Of a DNA stretch of 13,357 bases, positions 1 to 8,336 are shown in pieces. A model generated the notes under the pieces. That model was not told the DNA's origin. It did no database searches and was given only the letters and a program-made list of their open reading frames with translations. The DNA comes from a virus: UHGV virus genome UHGV-1732475; one strand, given 5' to 3'. Every line of letters begins with the position of its first letter. Position 1 is the first letter of the stretch. The translations under genes were made by a program, and so were the position numbers.

Positions 1-55
1 AACTGTCATGGAGAATTGAAACTTGTTTAAGACTTTGGCAGCCTACTGTTTTTAA

Positions 56-79
56 GTAACCGGCTCATTTAAACCGTCT
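56..79. repeat. Left terminal inverted repeat of the IS66-family element
   Basis: GTAACCGGCTCATTTAAACCGTCT matches the reverse complement of 2731..2754 (GTAAGCGACTCGTCAGAACCGTAT) at 17 of 24 positions, counted by hand. Confidence 0.6.
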
Positions 80-108
80 GGTCTGTTTCCTCCGGCTCTA
101 CAAAAATA

Positions 109-786
109 ATGTCCATCATTTTTAATGGCCACTATCGTATGAAACACCGGACCTGGATCACTGAAGCTTTACGTCTTCACTTTGAAGAACATTTACCCCG
201 GGTTGTGGCCGGGCGTCGCCTGGGTGTACCAAAATCAACAGTTTGTAGTATGTTCGTGCGCTTTCGGAGAGCTGGCCTTTCGTGGCCTTTGCCCGCAGGC
301 ATGTCGGAGCAGGAACTTGATGCCTGCCTTTACGGACAATTTTCCACGGTACCAGTCGTACGTCCTGAAAGCACCGTTATATCCGAAGCCCCCGTGGTAA
401 AAAAACGTCCCCGGCGGCCCAACTTCCCTTATGAGTTTAAAATCGCCTTAGTGGAGCAGTCACTGCAGCCCGGAGCCTGTGTGGCGCAGATCGCCCGGGA
501 AAACGGAATCAACGATAACCTGCTCTTCAACTGGCGCCATCAATACCGGAAAGGTGGCCTGCTGCCTTCCGGAAAAAATATGCCGGCACTGCTTCCCGTG
601 ACGTTAACGCCGGAGCCGGATAATAAAATCCCGGCCCCCGCACAGGAACCAGAGCAGATAAATACACCGTCCGACAGTCTGTGTTGTGAGCTGGTTCTGC
701 CGGCCGGAACTCTCAGGCTTAAAGGTAAACTGACGCCGGCGTTATTACAGACACTTATCCGCGAAATAAAAGGGAGCAGCCACTGA
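109..786 (+). CDS. tnpA: IS66-family orf1 accessory protein with an IS3/IS911-type helix-turn-helix region in its C-terminal half
   Basis: ATG at 109 and TGA at 784..786 overlapping the next start. The segment FPYEFKIALVEQSLQPGACVAQIARENGINDNLLFNWRHQYRKG resembles the IS3/IS911-type transposase HTH. The start is uncertain because no Shine-Dalgarno sequence precedes 109. Confidence 0.65.
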   Translation: MSIIFNGHYRMKHRTWITEALRLHFEEHLPRVVAGRRLGVPKSTVCSMFVRFRRAGLSWPLPAGMSEQELDACLYGQFSTVPVVRPESTVISEAPVVKKRPRRPNFPYEFKIALVEQSLQPGACVAQIARENGINDNLLFNWRHQYRKGGLLPSGKNMPALLPVTLTPEPDNKIPAPAQEPEQINTPSDSLCCELVLPAGTLRLKGKLTPALLQTLIREIKGSSH

Positions 787-1133
787 TGATATCTCTCCCT
801 GCAGGTTCGCGTATCTGGCTGGTTGCAGGTATCACCGATATGCGAAATGGCTTTAACGGCCTGGCATCAAAAGTTCAGAACGTCCTGAAGGATGACCCGT
901 TCTCCGGACACCTGTTCATCTTCCGCGGACGCCGGGGTGACCAGATAAAAGTGTTGTGGGCTGACAGTGACGGACTGTGCCTCTTCACCAAACGCCTGGA
1001 GCGGGGCCGCTTCGTCTGGCCAGTCACCCGTGACGGCAAGGTGCACCTTACTCCGGCTCAGTTATCCATGCTTCTTGAAGGTATCAACTGGAAGCACCCG
1101 AAACGAACGGAACGCGCTGGAATCCGCATATAA
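786..1133 (+). CDS. tnpB: IS66 orf2-like protein (115 aa)
   Basis: Start overlaps the orf1 stop (TGATG). The size and the segment IWLVAGITDMRNGFNGLA...KVLWADSDGLCLFTKRLERGRF are characteristic of IS66 orf2 proteins, from memory. Confidence 0.85.
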   Translation: MISLPAGSRIWLVAGITDMRNGFNGLASKVQNVLKDDPFSGHLFIFRGRRGDQIKVLWADSDGLCLFTKRLERGRFVWPVTRDGKVHLTPAQLSMLLEGINWKHPKRTERAGIRI

Positions 1134-1152
1134 CCCGTTGTAAAGTGAGGAT

Positions 1153-2724
1153 ATGGACACCTCACTTGCTCATGAGAACGCCCGCCTGCGGGCACTGTTG
1201 CAGACGCAACAGGACACCATCCGCCAGATGGCTGAATACAACCGCCTGCTCTCACAGCGGGTGGCGGCTTATGCTTCCGAAATCAACCGGCTGAAGGCGC
1301 TGGTTGCGAAACTGCAACGTATGCAGTTCGGTAAAAGCTCAGAAAAACTTCGTGCAAAAACCGAACGGCAGATACAGGAAGCACAGGAGCGAATCAGCGC
1401 ACTTCAGGAAGAAATGGCGGAAACGCTGGGTGAGCAATATGACCCGGTACTGCCATCCGCCCTGCGCCAGTCTTCAGCCCGTAAACCGTTACCGGCCTCA
1501 CTTCCCCGTGAAACCCGGGTTATCCGGCCGGAAGAGGAATGCTGTCCTGCCTGTGGTGGTGAACTCAGTTCTCTGGGATGTGATGTGTCAGAGCAACTGG
1601 AGCTTATCAGCAGCGCCTTTAAGGTTATCGAAACACAACGTCCGAAACAGGCCTGTTGCCGGTGCGACCATATCGTGCAGGCACCAGTACCTTCAAAACC
1701 CATTGCACGCAGTTATGCCGGAGCGGGGCTTCTGGCCCATGTTGTCACCGGGAAATATGCAGACCATCTGCCGTTATACCGCCAGTCAGAAATATACCGT
1801 CGTCAGGGAGTGGAGCTGAGCCGTGCCACACTGGGGCGCTGGACAGGTGCTGTTGCTGAACTGCTGGAGCCGCTGTATGACGTCCTGCGCCAGTATGTGC
1901 TGATGCCCGGTAAAGTCCATGCTGATGATATCCCCGTCCCGGTCCAGGAGCCGGGCAGCGGTAAAACCCGGACAGCCCGGCTGTGGGTCTACGTCCGTGA
2001 TGACCGTAACGCCGGTTCACAGATGCCCCCGGCGGTCTGGTTCGCGTACAGTCCGGACCGGAAAGGTATCCATCCACAAAATCACCTGGCCGGTTACAGC
2101 GGTGTGCTTCAGGCCGATGCTTACGGTGGTTACCGGGCGTTATACGAATCCGGCAGAATAACGGAAGCCGCGTGTATGGCTCATGCCCGGAGAAAAATCC
2201 ACGATGTGCATGCAAGAGCGCCCACCTACATCACCACGGAAGCCCTGCAGCGTATCGGTGAACTGTATGCCATCGAGGCAGAGGTCCGGGGCTGTTCAGC
2301 AGAACAGCGTCTGGCGGCAAGAAAAGCCAGAGCCGCGCCACTGATGCAGTCACTGTATGACTGGATACAGCAACAGATGAAAACACTGTCGCGTCACTCA
2401 GATACGGCAAAAGCGTTCGCATACCTGCTGAAACAGTGGGATGCACTGAACGTGTACTGCAGTAATGGCTGGGTGGAAATCGACAACAACATCGCAGAGA
2501 ACGCCTTACGGGGAGTGGCCGTAGGCCGGAAAAACTGGATGTTCGCGGGTTCCGACAGCGGTGGTGAACATGCGGCGGTGTTGTACTCGCTGATCGGCAC
2601 ATGCCGTCTGAACAATGTGGAGCCAGAAAAGTGGCTGCGTTACGTCATTGAACATATCCAGGACTGGCCGGCAAACCGGGTACGCGATCTGTTGCCCTGG
2701 AAAGTTGATCTGAGCTCTCAGTAA
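1153..2724 (+). CDS. tnpC: IS66-family DDE transposase (523 aa) with N-terminal coiled coil and CxxC...CxxC zinc ribbon
   Basis: Long ORF with GAGG just upstream of the ATG. Leucine-rich coiled-coil N-terminus, then CPACGG...CCRCDH zinc-binding motif, then a catalytic core typical of IS66 transposases. Confidence 0.9.
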   Translation: MDTSLAHENARLRALLQTQQDTIRQMAEYNRLLSQRVAAYASEINRLKALVAKLQRMQFGKSSEKLRAKTERQIQEAQERISALQEEMAETLGEQYDPVLPSALRQSSARKPLPASLPRETRVIRPEEECCPACGGELSSLGCDVSEQLELISSAFKVIETQRPKQACCRCDHIVQAPVPSKPIARSYAGAGLLAHVVTGKYADHLPLYRQSEIYRRQGVELSRATLGRWTGAVAELLEPLYDVLRQYVLMPGKVHADDIPVPVQEPGSGKTRTARLWVYVRDDRNAGSQMPPAVWFAYSPDRKGIHPQNHLAGYSGVLQADAYGGYRALYESGRITEAACMAHARRKIHDVHARAPTYITTEALQRIGELYAIEAEVRGCSAEQRLAARKARAAPLMQSLYDWIQQQMKTLSRHSDTAKAFAYLLKQWDALNVYCSNGWVEIDNNIAENALRGVAVGRKNWMFAGSDSGGEHAAVLYSLIGTCRLNNVEPEKWLRYVIEHIQDWPANRVRDLLPWKVDLSSQ

Positions 2725-2730
2725 ATATCA

Positions 2731-2754
2731 ATACGGTTCTGACGAGTCGCTTAC
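2731..2754. repeat. Right terminal inverted repeat of the IS66-family element
   Basis: The complement of 2754..2731 begins GTAAGCG and pairs with the left repeat. It lies 7 bp after the orf3 stop at 2722..2724. Confidence 0.6.
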
Positions 2755-2959
2755 GGTCATTCTGCATGGATACGAAAAGATCCGCTGGCCGGATGCACCG
2801 GAGTGGGCGAGCCGGGAAACCTGGCTGGAGTGTGTCCCGGACAGTACCGAACCGTCACCCTCACCGGAACCGGTACCCACGCCTGTTAAAAAACAAAAAC
2901 GGAAGAAAACAGTAACTGACGATGTTAACCCCTGGCTGACTTCCGGAGGATGGTTATGA
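2755..2959 (+). pseudogene. 3' fragment of a terminase large-subunit gene (lambda A position), cut at the IS right end
   Basis: The reading frame is open from inside the IS with no start codon and ends at TGA 2957..2959, overlapping the W-like start (ATGA), the same arrangement as the lambda A/W junction. Encodes ...LHGYEKIRWPDAPEWASRETWLECVPDSTEPSPSPEPVPTPVKKQKRKKTVTDDVNPWLTSGGWL. Identity is inferred from synteny only. Confidence 0.45.
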
Positions 2960-3168
2960 ATCAGAATGATATTGAAGCCATGATTCAGCGTTATACGGAA
3001 GCTGAAATGGCGGTGCTGGACGGAAAATCCGTCACCTTTAATGGTCAGCAGATGACCATGGAAAACTTATCTGAGATCCGGCAGGGACGGCAGGAGTGGG
3101 AGCGCCGCCTTGCGGCTCTGATTACACGACGACGGGGGCATCCCGGGTACCGGCTGGCGAGGTTCTGA
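2956..3168 (+). CDS. W: Head-tail connector protein, lambda gpW-like (70 aa)
   Basis: GGAGGA at 2945..2950 precedes the ATG at 2956. Size and pattern (GKSVTFNGQQMTMENLSEI...RRRGHPGY) resemble lambda gpW, and it sits immediately before the portal gene. The track start at 2950 is too close to the SD. Confidence 0.7.
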   Translation: MNQNDIEAMIQRYTEAEMAVLDGKSVTFNGQQMTMENLSEIRQGRQEWERRLAALITRRRGHPGYRLARF

Positions 3169-4676
3169 TGGCAATTCTTGATGATGTGATTGGCGTTTTT
3201 TCACCAGGATGGAAAGCGGCAAGGCTGCGTTCCCGTGCGGTGATCCAGGCTTATGAGGCCGTAAAAACGACGCGGACACACAAAGCCCGACGGGAGAACC
3301 GAACTGCCGACCAGTTAAGCCAGTACGGGGCCGTGTCGTTACGTGAGCAGGCTCGTTACCTTGATAACAACCACGATCTGGTCATTGGTGTATTTGACAA
3401 GCTGGAAGAACGGGTGGTGGGGAAAAACGGGATTATTGTCGAGCCACATCCGGTATTACGCAATGGGGCCATTGCCCGTGATCTGGCAGCGGAGATACGT
3501 ACCCGATGGAGTGAATGGTCTGTCAGTCCGGAGGTCACCGGGCAGTTTACCCGTCCGATGCTGGAACGTCTGATGCTGCGTACCTGGCTGCGCGATGGTG
3601 AGGTGTTTGCCCAGATGGTTTCCGGGCGCATAAACAGCCTGACGCCTTCTGCCGGTGTTCATTTCTGGCTGGAGGCGCTCGAGCCGGACTTTATTCCCAT
3701 GACCAGTGATGAGAGCAACAGGCTGAATCAGGGCGTGTTTGTTGATGACTGGGGGCGTCCCGAAAAATATCTGGTGTATAAAAGCCGTCCCGTATCCGGA
3801 CGGCAGATGGAAACCAAAGAAGTGGATGCAGAGCGAATGCTGCATCTTAAATTTGTTCGCCGTCTGCACCAGATGCGCGGGACGTCTTTGTTGTCCGGTG
3901 TGCTGATCCGCCTCAGTGCCCTGAAAGAGTATGAAGATTCTGAGCTGACTGCAGCAAGGATCGCCGCTGCTCTGGGGATGTACATCCGCAAAGGCGACGG
4001 ACAGAGCTATGAAACGGATGGTAATGACAGCAAGGAGAATGAACGCGAGCTTACCATTCAGCCAGGCATTATTTACGACGATCTGAAACCCGGCGAAGAA
4101 ATCGGAATGGTGAAGTCGGATCGCCCAAATCCTAACCTTGAAACTTTTCGTAATGGTCAGTTGCGTGCCGTGGCTGCGGGCAGTCGTCTGAGTTTTTCCA
4201 GTACAGCGCGCAACTATAACGGCACTTACAGCGCCCAGCGTCAGGAGCTGGTTGAATCTACTGATGGCTACCTGATCCTGCAGGACTGGTTTATTGGTGC
4301 CGTCACCCGCCCGATGTACCGTGCCTGGCTGAAACAGGCTGTGGTATCCGGTGTTATCAGGCTACCCCGCGATCTGGACCGATCTTCACTGTATACCGCG
4401 GTGTATTCCGGACCGGTGATGCCGTGGATTGACCCTGTTAAGGAGGCTGAGGCCTGGAAAATTCAGATTCGTGGTGGAGCGGCGACAGAATCAGACTGGG
4501 TACGTGCAGGTGGTCGTAATCCAGATGATGTCAAACGTCGGCGCAAGGCCGAAATTGATGAAAACCGCAAGCTGGATCTGGTATTTGATACCGATCCGGC
4601 CAGTGATAAAGGAGGCAGCAGTGCCGCAACGAAACGACAGGAGCCGCAGCACACCGACGACCAGTCCGAAGAATAA
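3168..4676 (+). CDS. B: Portal protein, lambda gpB-like (502 aa)
   Basis: ATG at 3168 overlaps the W-like stop (TGATG). Large protein in the position and size range of lambda portal. The track start at 3096 lies inside the W-like gene and is rejected. Confidence 0.85.
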   Translation: MAILDDVIGVFSPGWKAARLRSRAVIQAYEAVKTTRTHKARRENRTADQLSQYGAVSLREQARYLDNNHDLVIGVFDKLEERVVGKNGIIVEPHPVLRNGAIARDLAAEIRTRWSEWSVSPEVTGQFTRPMLERLMLRTWLRDGEVFAQMVSGRINSLTPSAGVHFWLEALEPDFIPMTSDESNRLNQGVFVDDWGRPEKYLVYKSRPVSGRQMETKEVDAERMLHLKFVRRLHQMRGTSLLSGVLIRLSALKEYEDSELTAARIAAALGMYIRKGDGQSYETDGNDSKENERELTIQPGIIYDDLKPGEEIGMVKSDRPNPNLETFRNGQLRAVAAGSRLSFSSTARNYNGTYSAQRQELVESTDGYLILQDWFIGAVTRPMYRAWLKQAVVSGVIRLPRDLDRSSLYTAVYSGPVMPWIDPVKEAEAWKIQIRGGAATESDWVRAGGRNPDDVKRRRKAEIDENRKLDLVFDTDPASDKGGSSAATKRQEPQHTDDQSEE

Positions 4677-4689
4677 TTCTTGGTTCAGG

Positions 4690-6648
4690 ATGCAGGCAGG
4701 TCACCAGAGTGACGCGGATATTTATATTTATGACGAGATTGGTTTCTGGGGTGTTACGGCGAAGCAGTTTATCAGTGATCTGAATGCACTGGGCGATATC
4801 ACCCACATTAATCTCCATATTAATTCACCGGGTGGCGATGTCTTTGAAGGCATCGCCATTTTTAATGCACTGAAAACACATGGTGCGTCCATTACCGTTT
4901 ATGTCGACGGTGTGGCGGCGTCAATGGCGTCGGTCATTGCGATGGTGGGAAACCCGGTCATTATGCCGGAAAACTCCTTCATGATGATTCATAAACCATT
5001 TGGCTTTACGGGCGGTGATGCGGAGGACATGCGCACCTATGCCGACCTGCTCGATAAAGTTGAGGCGGTTCTGTTACCCGCTTATGCACAGAAAACCGGG
5101 AAAACCACCGATGAAATTGCTGCCATGCTGGCGGATGAGACCTGGATGTCCGGTGCCGAATGTCTGGCACAGGGATTTGCTGATCAGGTGACGCCAGCCG
5201 TTAAGGCAATGGCATGTATTCAGTCAAAACGTACAGAGGAATTTAAAAAGATGCCGGAATCCATTCGAAACATGATTACTCCGCCACGCAACAGTGCTCC
5301 ACGCGTACAGGATGATGAACCTGCAGCCTCCCGGACGCCAGTGCAGGCAGCAGCACCCGTGGTGGATGAAAACAGTATCCGTGCGCAGGTACTGGCAGAG
5401 CAAAAAGCGCGTGTAAACGGTATTAATGATCTGTTTGCCATGTTTGGCGGGCGTTATCAGACGCTGCAGGCTCAGTGTCTTGCCGATCCTGAATGTTCGC
5501 TGGAGCAGGCCCGCGAAAAGCTGTTGAACGAGATGGGGCGCGAGTCCACGCCATCCAATAAAAATACCCCGGCTCATATTTATGCCGGTAACGGTAATTT
5601 TGTGGGGGACGGGATCCGCCAGGCGCTGATGGCGCGTGCCGGATTTGAAAAAACCGAACGTGATAATGTCTACAACGGGATGACCCTGCGTGAATATGCC
5701 CGTATGTCACTGACTGAACGTGGTATTGGTGTTTCCAGTTATAACCCGATGCAGATGGTCGGTGCGGCGTTCACACACAGTACGTCTGACTTCGGTAATA
5801 TTCTGCTGGATGTTGCGAACAAAGCCATTCTGCAGGGCTGGGAAGATGCTCCTGAAACCTATGAACAGTGGACGCGGAAAGGTCAGTTGTCTGATTTTAA
5901 AATTGCCCATCGTGTGGGTATGGGGGGCTTCAGTGCTCTGCGTCAGGTGCGTGAAGGGGCGGAATATAAATACGTCACCACCGGAGATAAACAGGCCACT
6001 ATTGCACTGGCGACCTATGGCGAGCTGTTCAGTATCACCCGTCAGGCCATTATCAATGATGATCTGAATATGCTGACCGATGTCCCGATGAAACTGGGCC
6101 GTGCGGCGAAATCCACTATTGCCGATCTGGTTTATGCCATTCTGACGTCTAACCCGAAAATCTCCACAGATAATGTAAGTCTGTTCGATAAAGCGAAACA
6201 TGCAAACGTACTGGAGAGCGCTGCAATGGACGTGGCATCGCTGGATAAAGCCCGCCAGTTGATGCGCGTTCAGAAAGAGGGGGAGCGTCATCTGAATATT
6301 CGTCCTGCGTTCGTACTGGTACCGACGGCGATGGAGTCTGTTGCTAACCAGGTCATTCGCTCCTCAAGTGTCAAGGGGGCTGACATTAACGCCGGTATTA
6401 TTAACCCGGTGAAAGATTTTGCGACCGTTATTGCAGAGCCTCGTCTTGATGATAACAGCCAGACCACCTTCTACCTGGCTGCGTCAAAAGGCTCCGATAC
6501 GATTGAAGTGGCTTATCTCAACGGTGTGGATACGCCATATATTGATCAGATGGAGGGCTTCAGTGTGGATGGCGTGACAACGAAAGTGCGTATTGACGCC
6601 GGTGTCGCGCCAGTTGATCACCGCGGTCTGGTGAAATGTACGGCGTAA
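4690..6648 (+). CDS. Fused capsid gene: ClpP-like (S14) prohead protease, scaffold-like linker and HK97-fold major capsid protein (652 aa)
   Basis: The N-terminal roughly 180 aa carry ClpP-like motifs (GVAASMAS with the candidate catalytic Ser, MMIHKP with the candidate His). A Pro/Ala/Gln-rich linker follows, then a roughly 350 aa capsid-like C-terminus. Start set to the first ATG after the portal stop (4690); it has a weak SD, so the start is uncertain. Confidence 0.85.
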   Translation: MQAGHQSDADIYIYDEIGFWGVTAKQFISDLNALGDITHINLHINSPGGDVFEGIAIFNALKTHGASITVYVDGVAASMASVIAMVGNPVIMPENSFMMIHKPFGFTGGDAEDMRTYADLLDKVEAVLLPAYAQKTGKTTDEIAAMLADETWMSGAECLAQGFADQVTPAVKAMACIQSKRTEEFKKMPESIRNMITPPRNSAPRVQDDEPAASRTPVQAAAPVVDENSIRAQVLAEQKARVNGINDLFAMFGGRYQTLQAQCLADPECSLEQAREKLLNEMGRESTPSNKNTPAHIYAGNGNFVGDGIRQALMARAGFEKTERDNVYNGMTLREYARMSLTERGIGVSSYNPMQMVGAAFTHSTSDFGNILLDVANKAILQGWEDAPETYEQWTRKGQLSDFKIAHRVGMGGFSALRQVREGAEYKYVTTGDKQATIALATYGELFSITRQAIINDDLNMLTDVPMKLGRAAKSTIADLVYAILTSNPKISTDNVSLFDKAKHANVLESAAMDVASLDKARQLMRVQKEGERHLNIRPAFVLVPTAMESVANQVIRSSSVKGADINAGIINPVKDFATVIAEPRLDDNSQTTFYLAASKGSDTIEVAYLNGVDTPYIDQMEGFSVDGVTTKVRIDAGVAPVDHRGLVKCTA

Positions 6649-6671
6649 ACGTCGCAGACAACAACTCTGAT

Positions 6672-6691
6672 GGCCCGTAAGGGCTTTTTTT
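6672..6691 (+). terminator. Candidate intrinsic terminator just after the capsid gene
   Basis: GGCCC-GTAA-GGGC hairpin (4 to 5 bp GC stem with a GNRA-type tetraloop) followed by seven T residues at 6685..6691, 24 nt after the capsid stop. Confidence 0.5.
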
Positions 6692-6702
6692 GTACCTGAA
6701 AT

Positions 6703-6721
6703 CAGCCCCTGAACGGGGCTG
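6703..6721 (+). other. Stable 7-bp stem-loop in the 5' leader of the next head gene
   Basis: CAGCCCC (6703..6709) pairs with GGGGCTG (6715..6721) around a 5-nt loop. No T-tract follows; the GGAG SD and the ATG at 6735 lie directly downstream. Confidence 0.35.
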
Positions 6722-6734
6722 TGCGGAGACAGTT

Positions 6735-7058
6735 ATGGCAAAGAATTTTGTAGAAGAAGGAAAAACGGTGGCGATTGTTGCCAGTGCAGCCATCAGCAGC
6801 GGAGATCTGGTGCAGGTGGGTGATGTTTTTGCGGTGGCGCTGACCGATATTCCACAGGGTGAAACAGGCGACGGCATGACCGAAGGTGTGTTTATGCTGC
6901 CTAAGCTGAAAACGGATGATATGAAAACGGGTAAGAAGGTTTATCTGAAGTCCGGAAAAGTTCAGCTGACTAACAGTGGCTCTGATCCGCTGGTCGGGGT
7001 TGTCTGGGCAGATGCCGGAACCAGTGCAGAAGAAGTGCCGGTAAAACTCAATGTCTGA
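6735..7058 (+). CDS. Small head protein (107 aa), candidate decoration or cement protein
   Basis: GGAG SD 7 nt upstream of the ATG at 6735. Sits directly after the major capsid gene, is about 11 kDa, and is Gly/Val-rich. Function inferred from position and size only. Confidence 0.5.
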   Translation: MAKNFVEEGKTVAIVASAAISSGDLVQVGDVFAVALTDIPQGETGDGMTEGVFMLPKLKTDDMKTGKKVYLKSGKVQLTNSGSDPLVGVVWADAGTSAEEVPVKLNV

Positions 7059-7326
7059 TCCCTTTTCCCGGCTGGCAGCGCGTATGGATGCGATCACGGT
7101 CAGAAAGATGGGAAAGACAGCCTCGGTTAATGATGTCGATATGACTGTGATCCCGGGAGAAACACTGGCAGAGCTGAATGCTCTGTCCGGACCTGCGGTC
7201 TCTCTGGTGGTGTTTTCTTCGGGATACCGCCCACGGCGCGGGGATCGCGTTGTTTATGACGGACAACAATGGACGGTCACACGGCATGAACGCTTTAACG
7301 GTAAGCCAATGATCTTTATTGAGTAA
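7051..7326 (+). CDS. Head-tail joining protein, lambda gpFII-like (91 aa)
   Basis: Overlaps the preceding gene by 8 nt. The N-terminus FSRLAARMDAITVRKMGKTA and a later RRGD motif resemble lambda FII (FDAAIARADETIRGYMGTSA ... RRGD), from memory. Confidence 0.6.
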   Translation: MSDPFSRLAARMDAITVRKMGKTASVNDVDMTVIPGETLAELNALSGPAVSLVVFSSGYRPRRGDRVVYDGQQWTVTRHERFNGKPMIFIE

Positions 7327-7337
7327 AGAGGTGTGGG

Positions 7338-7928
7338 ATGAAGGGGCTTGAGAATGCCATCCGCAATCTGAACAGCCTTGATACCCGTATGGTGCCACAG
7401 GCCAGCGCATGGGCGATAAACCGTGTGGCACAGAAAGCGGTCTCGGTTGCCACCCGGCAGGTTGCCGGGAATACCGTTGCGGGAGATAACCAGGTGAAAG
7501 GGATCCCCCTGAAACTGGTACGTCAGCGTGTCCGGGTGTTTAAAGCCAGTCCGTCAGGAAAAATGACGGCCAGGATCCGCGTTAACCGGGGCAATCTGCC
7601 CGCCATCAAACTGAACACAACACGGCGGCGTGCTGGTGAAGGACTGAGAGTGGGAAAATACTTTTTCCGGGGGGCATTTGTTCAGCAACTGGCGAATGGC
7701 CGCTGGCATGTTCTTAGGCGTCTTCCTGAAGCGCGTTTTGCAACAGGGCATGACCATCAGGGCAGGCCAAGAAAAAATCGTCTTCCTGTGGAGGTAGTGA
7801 AAATCCCGCTGTCCGGACCGCTGACACAGGCATTTGAAGATGCCCGCGACCGCATCATTGCTGCGGAAATGCCGAAACAGCTGGGGTATGCACTGAAACA
7901 ACAACTGAGGTTATGGCTGACCCGATGA
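7338..7928 (+). CDS. Z: Tail completion protein, lambda gpZ-like (196 aa)
   Basis: GAGGTG SD before the ATG. Strong recalled similarity to lambda Z (KGLE..., AINRVA..., IKVNRG.LP.IKL, GAF.QQL.NGRWHV..R, VVKIP...PLT.AF, LGYAL..QLR). Confidence 0.85.
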   Translation: MKGLENAIRNLNSLDTRMVPQASAWAINRVAQKAVSVATRQVAGNTVAGDNQVKGIPLKLVRQRVRVFKASPSGKMTARIRVNRGNLPAIKLNTTRRRAGEGLRVGKYFFRGAFVQQLANGRWHVLRRLPEARFATGHDHQGRPRKNRLPVEVVKIPLSGPLTQAFEDARDRIIAAEMPKQLGYALKQQLRLWLTR

Positions 7929-8326
7929 ACCGACATACACAAATCCGCCAGGTCGTACTGGCACGCCTTCGGGAACAGTGTGGAGACAGCGCCACGTTTT
8001 TTGACGGGCTTCCGGCATTTATTGATGCGCAGGAACTGCCTGCCGTGGCGGTGTGGCTGAGTGATGCTCAGTACACCGGAAAAATGACGGATGAAGATGA
8101 CTGGCAGGCTGTTCTGCATATTGCCGTCTTCATCCGGGCACAGGCACCGGATTCAGAGCTGGATATGTGGATGGAGAGCACCATTTTTCCTGCCCTGAAT
8201 GATATACCGGCACTTTCCGGACTCATCGACACCCTGATCCCACTCGGTTTTAACTATCAACGTGATAATGAGATGGCCACCTGGGCGATGGCGGAAATCA
8301 CGTACCAGATCACGTACACGAATTAA
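7925..8326 (+). CDS. U: Tail terminator protein, lambda gpU-like (133 aa)
   Basis: ATG at 7925 overlaps the Z stop (ATGA). Motifs ATFFDG, FPAVAVWL, AEYTG, W.A.LHI.VF, PDSELD.WMES, DIPALS and TY.ITY match lambda U as recalled. The track start at 7913 is probably an upstream extension. Confidence 0.85.
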   Translation: MNRHTQIRQVVLARLREQCGDSATFFDGLPAFIDAQELPAVAVWLSDAQYTGKMTDEDDWQAVLHIAVFIRAQAPDSELDMWMESTIFPALNDIPALSGLIDTLIPLGFNYQRDNEMATWAMAEITYQITYTN

Positions 8327-8336
8327 GGAGGTGGCA

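Larger units (their letters stand above)
56..2754 (+). mobile_element. IS66-family insertion sequence, about 2699 bp, apparently complete with three ORFs and imperfect terminal inverted repeats
   Basis: Three co-directional ORFs in the IS66 arrangement (orf1 HTH protein, orf2 overlapping by TGATG, orf3 DDE transposase with CxxC...CxxC zinc ribbon). Ends read GTAACCGGCTC... at 56 and, on the complement of 2754, GTAAGCGACTC...; GTAA-initiated ends are typical of IS66-family elements as I recall them. Exact boundaries are inferred. Confidence 0.75.

Noticed and set aside
182-400. Alternative-frame ORFs inside IS66 genes (182..400 and 1304..1819)
   Set aside because: They overlap orf1 and the transposase gene in other frames with Cys/Arg-rich composition and no recognisable motifs, so they are likely chance ORFs.
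48-2762. 8-bp target-site duplication flanking the IS
   Set aside because: The flanking octamers GTTTTTAA and GGTCATTC do not match, and shifting the boundaries by a few bases does not produce a repeat. Reported as a finding instead of a feature.
4429-4689. Upstream extension of the capsid ORF (track start 4429), which would overlap the portal gene by about 250 nt
   Set aside because: The extension lies wholly inside the portal coding region in another frame and has no domain-like content. The first ATG after the portal stop (4690) is the more plausible start, although its SD is weak.
5707-6291. Antisense ORF of 194 aa inside the capsid gene; similar antisense ORFs occur at 11763..12248, 1745..2215, 3456..3869 and 8627..9022
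   Set aside because: They lie entirely within well-supported sense-strand genes, have low-complexity composition expected from antisense reading, and show no start-site signals.
8262-8336. Upstream extension of the major tail ORF (track start 8262)
   Set aside because: It overlaps the 3' end of the U-like gene. The ATG at 8337 has a near-consensus SD (AAGGAGGTG) and gives an N-terminus that aligns with lambda V.
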